DNA of 64,000 nt from a virus: positions 8,075 through 72,074 of IMG/VR virus record IMGVR_UViG_3300005611_000012, one strand, 5' to 3'. Shown in pieces: positions 42,721-54,700 of this stretch (positions within the stretch are counted from its first letter, which is position 1; every line of letters begins with the position of its first letter). The notes beneath the pieces were generated by a model, which made no database searches, was not told where the DNA came from, and saw only the letters and a list, made by a program, of their open reading frames with translations. Position numbers and translations under genes: made by a program.

Positions 42721-45700
42721 GATGTCAGATTCACCCAGGGATTAAGGTTCCAGCCAGCCTCGATCATTCCCGGCCCAATCGAATAACCCAAACGCCCGTC
42801 TCCAGCGACAGATGCCACATTATCTAGGACTGGTGATCCCGCATCCAGATTCAGCACGTTGGCTGTACTCAGAGCCAGGAGAGCAGAGGCTGGGTTGTTC
42901 CGGATGATGTCCAGAGCAATCTTGATCGAGCGCAGCTTGAAGTTCATGAACCAAGTCAGACCAATGCTCTCGAGGTACGAACGTGCCCGGGAGTCATTCA
43001 AATCGTAGTTAATAAATTCCTGATCGATTTTCAGCATCGCATCCTCAGGACTTACGCCTCGCTCTTCAGTGAGGAAGTCGTAGTAGATGGCTTTAGAGAT
43101 GAAGTCTCCATACTGTACGCCCTTGGCCAGACCCTGATAAAGCGCAGTGTCTTTCGCCACGATGCTATACCGAGCCACGGTAGCCAGACCACCGGGGAGC
43201 TCACCCGCTTTCTTTTCCACCCAATCCATAAACCGCCCGTCCATGAGTGCCCGGTCAGAGTCTGTCAGACCCTCGGAAATCGTGGTGAATTGGTTCGCTT
43301 CCAGGAGTGGCCAGATCGACATCTTACGGTTGGCTTCATCGATTGCCTCGATGCGTGCCTCAATGTTCTTCTTCTCTGTCTTGGATCTCGAGGCCAGAGC
43401 ATCAGCTCGGAGCTTCACTTTGAGATCTTCATTCTTGAGATAGGTCTCGATTTCAGCAAACTTAGACCGAGTCCGCTGGGTCATATATGAGAGAGGCACT
43501 TCCCGAGTTGCCAGCTGGATCACGTTCGCAATCGTGTTAGCAGCCAGGATTACGCCGCTCTTAACGACGATTACGTGTTTAACTTCAGAAACAACTTGCT
43601 GGAGAATCTCTTCGGCGCCCACCACATACTTGAATGCGTCTGCACCCAGGAATGGCGTAGCCATAAAGACGCCTTTGATGCCTTCACGGAGCTCTTCGTT
43701 AAGACGAGACTTACCGGTCCAGATGTCAGCTACTGAAGCCGATCGGAAACCAAACGTATTGTTGATTAAGTCACGACGTACTTTGATGGGTCCACCAAAG
43801 ACTTCCTCGGCGTATTCACGTGCCTCTTTCGGCATAAGGAAATAGGCTTCTCGCCAGACAGGATCACCCTGCAGATCACCAGTAAGATCCCAGGAGCCAT
43901 CGTCTTTCTGCTCACGACCAAAGTCAGCGTACTCATCACCGCGGCCGTTTGCATTGTCACGATCATAAATCGCTTTCATGGCGTCGATTAACTCTTTATT
44001 AAGACCTTGCGCAGCTTTCTCTTCCTGGATCCGGCCGGCCCAGCGTCCAAGGCTGTCAGCATAATCCTGTGTTGGCTCCAGCATTGGCAGCATGTCAGAT
44101 GCCACAGCCTGTTCGAAGCCTACAAGACTACCATCCATATTGAAGACCGGGATCAGACCATCTTTGTGATCAAGCCCTGTACGGGCTTTCATTCTCTTAT
44201 TCAGAAGAGAAGCTTCTTTGCCGGAGATCAACCCACCAGTGGTCTCAGGACCCACAGTCAAGCCAGTGACAGCGTCGACACCTGAATAGGTATTCTGGAC
44301 TGTCTGAACGACACCCTGGTTGTAAGTCGCCAGCTTATTGTGAGCGGAGAAATAATAGCTCTGACCTTTCCGAGTTGGGTCCAACTGCTGGACAGCTGAA
44401 TCATAATCCCGAATCCGCTTGTAACCCTGCTCACGAAGTTTCTGCTCATCCGAGTTATTAGCTAGGATTACTGAGTATTTACGTCTTCCCTGGGTCACAA
44501 AGTGTCCCTTGACCCCGTTCACCGCGGCAGAGCTATTGATATCCACCTTGGCTCTTTCAAGGCGGTGGAGCTCTCTCTGATAGTCTGCAGCATACCGCAG
44601 AGCATCTCGGTCTGTCTTAACGAGCTCAGCAATCTCAGAGTGTGTTTCATCACTAAGCTTGTTCAAAGCCTCCAGAGAAGCCAGCAGATCGATCTGATCA
44701 ATAAGGGCACGAGTCTCTGTGGAGATACGCCCCTGACCGGTACGGCGTTTCTTTAGAGCCTCCTGCAGGGCTTTGTACTCAGCTTGGCTAATTGAAAGAC
44801 CATCCTCATTATGAAGGTTCAGGATCCCGACAGCGGATGTAAGCAAGTTTACACCGGTGTTCTTGTTGACCATGTACTCAGCGAGCTGTTCAGCCTTACT
44901 GAAGTAAGCCCGGACAATCTTGTCTGAGACATCCATGCCGGCCATGCTGCGCTGGATCTGCTCTTTGACGTCTTTGATGGCACGATCTCTGCGCCCACGG
45001 GCATCCCGGTCGGAACCATAGAGCTCCAAGCCTGAGTTCACACCCATGACTTTAGCGATGATGCCGAAGTCAGTCTGTCCCATCCCCTGAAAGAGGGCCT
45101 TCATGGCTTTGCGCTGGCCTTTCTCGTCGAGGTTCTGGAACGCATCACCAAAACGAGACCGGATAATCTTCGGTACCTGTTCGATGTATTCCTGACGCAG
45201 ACGAGACACTGCGTTCTTCGCTTTCTTAACCAGCTGCAAGACCTGGGCGTTATCTGAGCCGATTGAACGCATTTCTGCGTAGAGAGCTCGAATAGCCTCA
45301 GGGATCTCGGGCTTATTCAAGAAGCTGATAAGACGTTCGTCCTGTGCTTGGGCGCGCTCTTCTACCAGGATATCTGCCAAGCCGGCAGCCACACCCTGTA
45401 CAGCCTTAGAAAGATCATTGCTGGATTTCTCAGCGCTTTCTCTGAAGCCGTCGCTGACCCGACGCGCAGCGTCGGAGACAGCGCCGCGGACAATGACATT
45501 AATACCCTTGAGGTTATCAGCCCGATCGTTCTCGAATTCAGTTGCAGCTTGAGCGTCATACTCGAGAAGCATCTCAGTAAGTGCATCCAATGCAGCATTA
45601 GACGGCAATGACTTGTCGCCGTTGCTTTCGATAATACGACCATTAAGTCGGTTAATAACTTTTTGAGTGGTAGAACCAAGAAGACCATCCAAGCCGGAGC

Positions 45701-48700
45701 CTGTGTCAAAGTCAGTGTTCAGACCCAGCTGACCGAGATCAATCTCAGAAAGAACCTCTCTCAGCTCTGGGGACGTCTGGGCCAGCGACAAGAACATGGC
45801 AAGCTTCTGACCACCTTTGTCTTCACCGACAGGGGTAAACTCAGTTGCGCCGGCAAGGTCATAGAAAGGAATACCGAGGAGGGCAGCAAACATACGCTGT
45901 CCCTGGAGTTCATTTGCTTGGCCACCGGGACCAAAGCGCTCAAACATCTCAGGCTTCAGCTGCTCCATGATCTTACCGTAGATCTGGTTCAGCTCTTGAA
46001 GGGCGACAGTGTCTAACTTGGTATCAACAGCTAATACCGCGTAAAGGGTCTGGAATAGCAGATTGTCTTGGGTCCCTTCGATGGTGAAACCAGCGGCCGC
46101 TGCGGTAGACAAAGCGTCCAGACCTTCAGTCTTGGCTTTGGTGTACTCAGCTGCAGCTTTAGTCTGCTTGGCCCGGGTAGCGACATTGTCATCTCCGCGG
46201 AGACGAGCCTTTAAGAATTGAGTAACCTGCTCGCCGACCTTGCGCTGAATGCCCAGCTTGCGCTGGGCTTCAGCACCGGTCGCTGTCGCTTCAGTAAACG
46301 CAGAGTGGGCCAACGGATGATGAGTAAACTCAGTCGTCTGAGGGATTTCCCGCATTACAGACTTAGTCCAGAACTTAACGGCATTATACTCTTTAGCAGG
46401 GATACCAATGAGTTTACGGATCGTGTTAAGCACAGACCGGAAAGCTTTTAAGACTTTACCACGAACACTTTGATCAAAACCAGAGAGGATATTATCCATC
46501 GTACTTTGATTGGTCGTGCCATAAGCGATGAACTCAGCAACAGCTGAAGCAATATCACCCTCGAGCTGGTAGCCTTTAATGACACTGGCAACTTTTGCCA
46601 GAATTGGATCCGAACTAAAGTTTTGATCCAGGAACGTATCCATATCCTGTTCGATCGATTCAAAGGCTCGGTCCAACTGAGGTGTCGTGTTCCCGCGGAC
46701 ATAGTAATCATAAATCTGATGCACAGTTGTGGCGTGAACCATCTCGTGGGCAGTCACTTCAGCATTGGCAATATTCAAATAGATCGTTTTCGTACGGCCG
46801 TCGTAAGTACCAGCAATTGCTGGGATGTCTCCGCCTTTATCGTTTAATACGACTTTAAAGCCTTCTTCAATCAATTGACCCAAGACAGGAGATTTAAACG
46901 CAGCTGTTACGATGTCCTGTAGATCAGGGTTTGCGTCGATTGCTTCACGAAGAATGTCACGGATCTGCTCACCAGTATATGTGCCCTCGGTTACACCGAG
47001 ATCACGACCAGCTTCAGTTACCAATGATTCGAGCCCTTCACGCTTCTGTTCTTCAAGCCGGCTAAGGCTCTCAATCCAGATCCGATTGGTCTCATAGTTG
47101 AGGTGATCAATAAGTTCCTTTTCGGATTTGAACCTTTGACCTTCTTGAACGAACGGGGCATCCGCACCAGGGACCCCTTGGAACGATGTGAACACGCTCT
47201 TTTCGGCTTCGATACGGGCGTCTCTCTTCAAGACATCAATCTCAAGAGCATCCCGAACAGCTTTGAGCTCAGCATAATCGTTGGTGTCTTCTTCCATGAA
47301 GGCAAGCGCACGATCATATGCTTCGAGCACAGGGCGCAGCGTATTGGTGTGCCAAGCTTTGGAGATGGCCTCATTCATAACCTGAGAGGCTTGAACCAGA
47401 TCAGTCGTAGCATGGTTATTACCATCGTGAACTGCCAACGCATTGGTTGGGTAGTTCGGATTAGTCCAGCTATCGACTTCCATTGCCACGTCGGCATTAG
47501 TTTGTGTGGTGAACGGTAGGATCCGAACACCTGGATCACCAAGGACGTCTCGACGAGAGTCGATTTGCTTACCTGAAAGCGTACGAGACCGCGGATTGAA
47601 TGGGTTCTCAACGACAGCGTCTTTGTCACTCTCAGCCTTTTTCTGCTGACCGTAACGTCGACGAGCCACATCAGTGGATGTCTCAGATTCGTTGGTCACC
47701 ACGTTGAATGAGGTTACGCCGTTGTCGATGATTGGAGCCAGATCACGATGAGCATCAATGATCTTACGCACCTCAGAACGAGGAAGCTCATGGCTCTCAA
47801 AGATCTCGCCGGCTTCTACCATCTCTTTACGACGAGCGTCTAAAGCAGCTTCTACTGTCTTCTTGTAAATACGTCCTTGGAGTTGGGCGCCTTCAATGAG
47901 AGACTTATTCAGCTGAGCAACCGACGGATCCACAGCTTGCTCAAGAGCGGCCGTAAAGCCAGAGATATAAAAAGCTTGCAGAGATCGAGCCAAACGTTGA
48001 GCCTGATCATTGTCGACAAGGAAATCTCTTAAAACCTCTTTAGACGGATTATTACTTTGTAATACCGAAGAGAGAGTACGACCCTTAGGGGCCGACCGGA
48101 CAACCTTATCGAGGTTCCCAAACTCATCAAAGACCACATCGTGGGTCACCAGATTATCAAAGATCTTCGCTTTCTCACGAAGAATAGGGAGGACAGACGC
48201 GTCTCCCTGTCCCAGTTTTGTGAGATCAGAATAGATGTCTGTAATGATATCTGCAGCAAGACCCAGTGAGATTGAGGGAGCTTTTGCACCGTAGAGGTTC
48301 TGGGTGATCGGTGACTTAGTTGCTCCCCGGGCAATCTTCATAACAGGACGTCCGTCCTCACCTACAGTGAGTTCGTATCCTTTCATGGTTCCCAGTAGCT
48401 GGAGTGTACGAGCAAATGCACGCTTGCCATCTTCTTTCCAGCGGAAAGCTTCGTCTGCGTCTTCGGCTCTGCCGCCGAAGATCGTGCCATCCAGAATACT
48501 CTCTTGAACACTCAAAAGGGTTGAGCCCATGAGCTCACCAACACGGCCGTAGAAGTCTGCAGCAGAACGTTCAGCTACCGGTGTGAGCGTATCGTCTGCA
48601 TTAACGCCGTTCTTCCATTGGTAATAAGAAATACCGTCATTGGGATTGAAAGCGTTCGACAAGAAGTATCCACCGCGGCGCCACGTGGCCAGGATTTCTG

Positions 48701-51700
48701 GAGAATACGCACCACCAAAATGCTGAATGGCAGCCGTGATAGGACCGTTCGTCTTACCATCGAGCTCCATGTACATATCAGTTTCGAGCTGGGTCTCGCC
48801 GGCAGCCTTTGCATCAGCAATCTTTTTGGCAGTCCAAAGGCCCTTCAGAGTAAACGCATCTTCTTCGAGACCAATCTGGTTCATCTTCTCTACGACAAAC
48901 TGTCTGATCTTTGGATCCGTCAGCTCACCATCAAAGGCTTCGAGCACATCTTTATACTCAGTAGCCAAGAGTTCACGGGCTTGCTTGGCAGCTTCTGCAA
49001 TCCCAAGGTTCTCAACCTTAAGACCCAGAGACTGGCCAATAGCCGCATAAAGAGTGTCTTCCTGGGTTGCATCTGACAAGTCGACTGTGTGTCGAGTTGG
49101 CGAGAACATCTCCCGAGCCAGCTTATTCTGCTGTGGGTTGAAGCCTTCAAAGTTAAAGCGCGTGTTTGTGCCGATCGAGATCCGATAGTAAATAGGTACC
49201 TCGTGAGGATTCAGATCATGTTTCTCAGCGTAGGCCATGACCTCATCGATTTGACGAAGAACGTTATTGATCCCGTAATCAACGCTGACGTTCTTGCCTT
49301 CGACAGACTTTTCATCAAATTTGTTATAGAACTGACCGTTTGCCAGAGGCTTAAAGCCAAGCATATAAGCAACAGCCTGGTTGCCCAGCTGCTGGTACAT
49401 TTCCCAGAAGTCTTTCGAGAAATAGAACGGAGTGTCTTGCTGAGCTTTGATAGCCGCTCGCTGTTTGTCAGAAATTCGGAGCGTACGATCTTTTTTCACA
49501 GTACGATCGACGTCTTCATCGGCCCATCGCTGACCAATAGAATACCGGTGCATGTCGCTGGACTTAGACGTCAGGACATCTCTCAACAGGTTCTTGCCGG
49601 CACCTTCTTGCCAGCCTTTTGGGTTACCAAAACTATACGCAGTCACGGTACGATCACCTGGCATCTGCACACTACGTGACTTGAACCAGAAATTCTTACC
49701 AACAGCGTTCGCACCATCTAATGACAGATATTCCAGGATTTCGTGGGACAGAGCTTCAAACACACCTTCGGTCTCTGTGGCAGAGACTTGATCATTTAGC
49801 TCAGCTCCAAGAAACTGACGAATATGAGAAGCCAGAGCCGGCTTAACGAATGCCCCAGGCCGACCAGAATTCACCATGTCGATCATCTCAGGTGTGATTT
49901 TTGTCACATCTGAAATACCGAGGATCTTGGCAATCTCAGAAAGCTTATATTGGCCTCCTGAGTTCTCATTGTTCATGACATAATCAGCAGCAGCCATCAC
50001 AGCCAACATCAGGATATGCTGATCGAACTTTGGTTCACCATCACGAATAGATTGGGCATCCATCCAAGCGAGGATCCGGAACTGTTCAGAACGAGCCGGG
50101 TTGAATTCAGTCTCGCCGTTCTGGAATTCCTGCATCGCCTGTAAGAGAGGCTTACCGTTCTTGGCTTTGAGCTTCTTGATCTGAGCAGTCACTCGCTGCT
50201 GCATTCCCTGAACAACGCGGAAAGCTTCAGCACGAACCTTTTCGTTAGCTGCTCGCATATCAGGAGTGACCCCATAAGAGAGGTCTTCTTCTGCTGCAGA
50301 GATCAGTCTTTCCAGGGTATCCCCGGGTTGCAGCTTTGGTTCCAACGCAGTGAGTATTCTCGACATAAACGAAGGTTGATCACCATTACTCAAAAGCGTT
50401 GTGCCCAGAATATACTCTGGGGTCCAACCTTCAGGGAGACCAACATCCTGGTCTACTACTCGAGTTGTTTCGATCGGTTCTAGCCCTTCAGGTGCCTGGA
50501 CCTGCTCAGCTGAAGAAGTCGCAGGAGTGTTCTCAACACCCGTCGTCTCGACGGCGTCAGCCGTCGCAGTTTCGGGTGTTGGGGTTGCTTCTGATACTTG
50601 TTCTGTCTGTGCGGGGGCAGGCACCGGTGATGGGAGACGCTCTTCAATTGCTTTACCTACTCCATCGGCAATAGCTGCTACAGCTGCTGCAATAGCACTT
50701 TCTGTCTCAGTAGCTTCTACCGCCGGGAGCGTCGCGTCGGAGCCAGTCTCCGCAGGAGACTGTTCCTCCGCCTGCGCCGGCTGGGAAGTCTGAACAAAGA
50801 AAGCGGAGCCATCAAATTCCCAACCATCTATTTTTGTATTTTCGGGTAGGGTGTTAATAATCGCTTGTCTGATAGTAGCATCAGTTAATTTCAAGAACTC
50901 ATCAAAAACTGCTTGATCACCTTGAGTGGTATCATCGTAAATTTTAGTCAACAATGAATTTTCAAACTCTAAGCGAAAATCACCTTCTGGGTATGTTGTT
51001 TCAATTTTAAGCTCAGGATTTTTGAAAGCCTCAGCAAGCTCAAAAGCTTTGTCCTGTGCAGCTGTAATTTTAGGAACAACATTAAAAATAAGCTGTTCTT
51101 GGAACCATTCAAATTCCAAAATCTCATTAGCATTGCCAATAAGTGGTTGAATATTTTTTTCGATCCAGGGATCTAATGTATCCCAAGTATCGCGTTTTAA
51201 CATGTCATTTAATCGAGCAATCCAAGAAGTTTTTTTAAATGTAACACGTAATTTAAGACGACCATCAGCCTGTTTATTAGCGATTAGTGTGTAATCTGCT
51301 TTTTCAATTGTCTTAGTTTCAACAGTCTCTACTGGGGACCGTGTTCGTTCAGGAGCTGGAGCGGGCTGTTCTTTAGCTTGCTTCTTTGTGTCCGGCGTTG
51401 GCGCCTCTTTTCGCGCTGGTGCCGTAGAAGTTGTTTCTGCTTCAGATCCTTGCGTGACATCTTCTGCCTGTCTTTGCTGAACTTCTCGAGCTTGCAAAGA
51501 TGTGGTTTGGCTGTCAAGCGCCAGCGTACGAGTGTTCAGATACAGTCTATCTAACGCTGTGAGCGCTTTTCGTGAGTTACGTTGTGGATTGCTTTCACCG
51601 ATGAAAGCACCGATCAGACCTTTCACAAAGCCAATAACCTGTTTGGCAAAACCAGGATCTTCATAAACGATAGCATCCAGATCAGGCTCAATCTCTTTTA

Positions 51701-54700
51701 CAGTGAGGCCGTACGCCATGTACTCAGAGATTGCCCGAGCCATATTGCGATCTTGTTGTGCGATCGGAAGCGCTGGATTGACTAGAGCTCGCATGATGTC
51801 TTGAACTCGCTGACTCTCAGGAGAGACATCTGTTCGCTCCATAAACGCTAAAGCAGCATCATTAAGCTCTAATGCAGCTTTTTCCGTAGCAGTAAGGGGT
51901 TGCTCGGTACCACGCTTCAAAGATGCACTGGCCAGGTTTTGGAACAATGCTTCCAGAGTGGTCGCATGAATCATCTCATGCAAAAGAGCCTCAGCGTTCT
52001 GATTGAAAATAACAATCTCGTTCTTCTGAGGATCCCACCAACCATGAGTGGTCTTTGAAGCTTTGCGCTCTTCAGCAGTGGCTTGTCGTACAATCGTACG
52101 AGGGTTCGCTCTCGCGAAAGAGGAACCAGCAATCATAGACAAAATCGTTTGCTGATTTGGATTTAGGGCGCTGGATCCCAGTAGATATCGGATAGCGCCT
52201 GAGAGGTTGGTTTCGTTACTTCCTTGGAATAACTCTTTAAAGCTGATCCGGCCGTCAGGCTGCAGACCGTCACCAGGGCTCCGAGGAGTATTATCCACAC
52301 CGGTATCTTGTACCACTTCCGTGGGTTGGGCTTGTTCAGTTTGATCTTGCTCAGATCTCTGTGGTGTCGGGGCATCTTGGGTCGCCTCACTCTGTTCAGG
52401 GACTGCCGGCACTTCCACTTCTTGGAGGCGCTCACCCTGATAGGTTTCTGGAAACTGCTCGAGCAACGCATTATAAGCGCGGATCCCGGTATTAAGATCT
52501 TCGGCAATGGCAGCATATGTTTGAAGGGAGTTGTTGCTTTTTGCGTTAACGAAAATTTTACCCTTTCCAGGACGGAACTCACCAGTCTTCTGACTGAGAG
52601 AGTCAAAGGGTCTGGTGGTATCTCGGGCATCGGGGTTTGCAACAGAGAAATCGTGGCTCTCTTGAGCCGCAGCATACTTGTTTTGTTGGTGCTGGATAAG
52701 CTTCTGGAGATCCGCCAAGACGTCTTTAGCGTCGACTTGAGCCCCTGTCGTATCGCGTACAACTGTGGATCCTTCGCGGCCGTTGCGAATGGCGCCGCGG
52801 ATGAGTTGAGAAACCATATCATTGAATGATGCGATCTCACCAAACTTGGCTGTCTTACTTTGGAAGAGTGTCTCACGACGTGCGCCGGCACGATCGTTTT
52901 TACGATTGCCTTGTACGGGACCCAAACGATCAGAATGCTCAGGTGCCTGAATAGCTTCAACGACGGCCACCGCTTTCAGAGAATCCTCTGACATGCCGGC
53001 TTTGGCCTCTTCAGTGATACGAGCAGGATCTACGCCCACTGGGTTCATCACAACTTCTTTGATGGAACCAATAGGACGAACCTCTCCGCCGGCGGCTACT
53101 GATTTAACAGATGCAGCATTGAGAATTTCAGACGTCTTCCGAATTGTCTCAGCGAGAACTGGTTGCTCATCCATATGGGATGTAAACTCATCAGCCCGGG
53201 CTTTGGCACGTGCTTCAACCGCTGCGTCTTCTTCGGGGGTACGTTGAGTAGAAGGCGTGTCTTCTTCAGTTTGTTGCTGGGCATCCAGACCCAGAAACTC
53301 AAAAGCTCCATGGTACCCAGACAAGAGATCTGCTTGTTCCTGATAATACTCAGCCAGGGCAATGCCTGCTTCGCTCTCAGGATCATAAGCATTCCGAGAG
53401 ATAGCTTCTTGAAGGTTCTGAAGCGTCTTCACCCGATCGCCGTCGACGATCTCTTTCTTGAATGGTTTGGTCTTTTGCTTCTCTTCTGGGGTCAGCCCTT
53501 CCAGGAACTGGATCTCATCACCCAGAATGTCCCGTACCCGTTCGATCTGGGCTCGGGCCTCAGGAGCAATTTCTGCTTTAGGGTCGTCTAATGCTTTAAT
53601 AAGGTCTGCAACCTGCTTACCTTCTTCAACCATTGGACCATAGGTCTCTTCCAATGTGACACGCTCTTTGGCAATGAGACGATTACGTTTCAGCTCATTT
53701 AGATTTTTACCAATGGTAACGCCCGTTTTAAGAGAAACATCCGCTACAACCTCAGCCCAAGCCTTCGGGAAAGAAGGTGCGCTAATGACGGCCGTAGCAC
53801 CCAGACCACCGATGGCGCCTTCAGTGGCTGCCTGACCGACGTCGTCTGAAAGCCGTACACTTGAGTCTGCATTGTCTCGAAGAGCGATGTTCTGGAAAGC
53901 CTGCGCTGTGGCGTTCTGTGCTGCTTCTTCAACAGTTTGACCGGCTACATCTTCGCCTAAGGATTTGAGGCTTCGGATCCCTCGAGTGAATGCACCACCT
54001 TCAAAGCCAGCAAATGGTGTTGAAATACCAGCTGCCACAAGCGTGGTGTTAAGCTGAGCTTCCATCGCAGCAATGCGAGATACTTCTTCCCGGGCTTTTT
54101 CGTGAGACACGCCGCCTTCACGAAGAGCTCGATAGTCATCTGAATCCTTGAGAAGAGTTTCTTCATCCAACTCCAGGACAGCACGGCGTGTCTCACCGTA
54201 GGCACCTGAACCTTCAAGAGCACCAACAGTTGCCGCAGTGACAGCGGTTTCAATGACTTCTTTACCGACGCCTTTAATACCCACTCTTTCAAGGAGAGCT
54301 GTAGCCAGACCACGTGCGCCACCAGCCGCTGCAAGCGACGGGATCATGGAACCAAGACCCTCAGCTGCTACGTCTGCCGCGGCAGATGGGTTATCCTTAT
54401 AGGAGTCGGCTGAAATAATTGCGTCTCGGCCGATGCGACGGAACTGCTCACGCAGCGACTTGTCTGAATTCTCAAACGCAAGGGCACTATCTTTAAGACG
54501 GGCTTCTGCTGTTTGGGCTTGGCCGGCACGAAGTTCATTGATGCGTTCGCCTTTACCCTTTGCAATGAAATCAGCAACAGCAGCACCACCATCAGAGATT
54601 GTATCGTCAAGACGCGCTGGATCTACATCTAAACCTGCAGCATCTCCAAGCGCCCGCGCTCCTTCTCGGGTGGCTTCGCCACCCGGAAGGGCGCGAGCAC

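Noticed and set aside
52163-52960. 265-aa same-strand alternative-frame ORF inside vRNAP (and many other nested ORFs)
   Set aside because: No RBS or motifs; expected by chance within a 12-kb gene.
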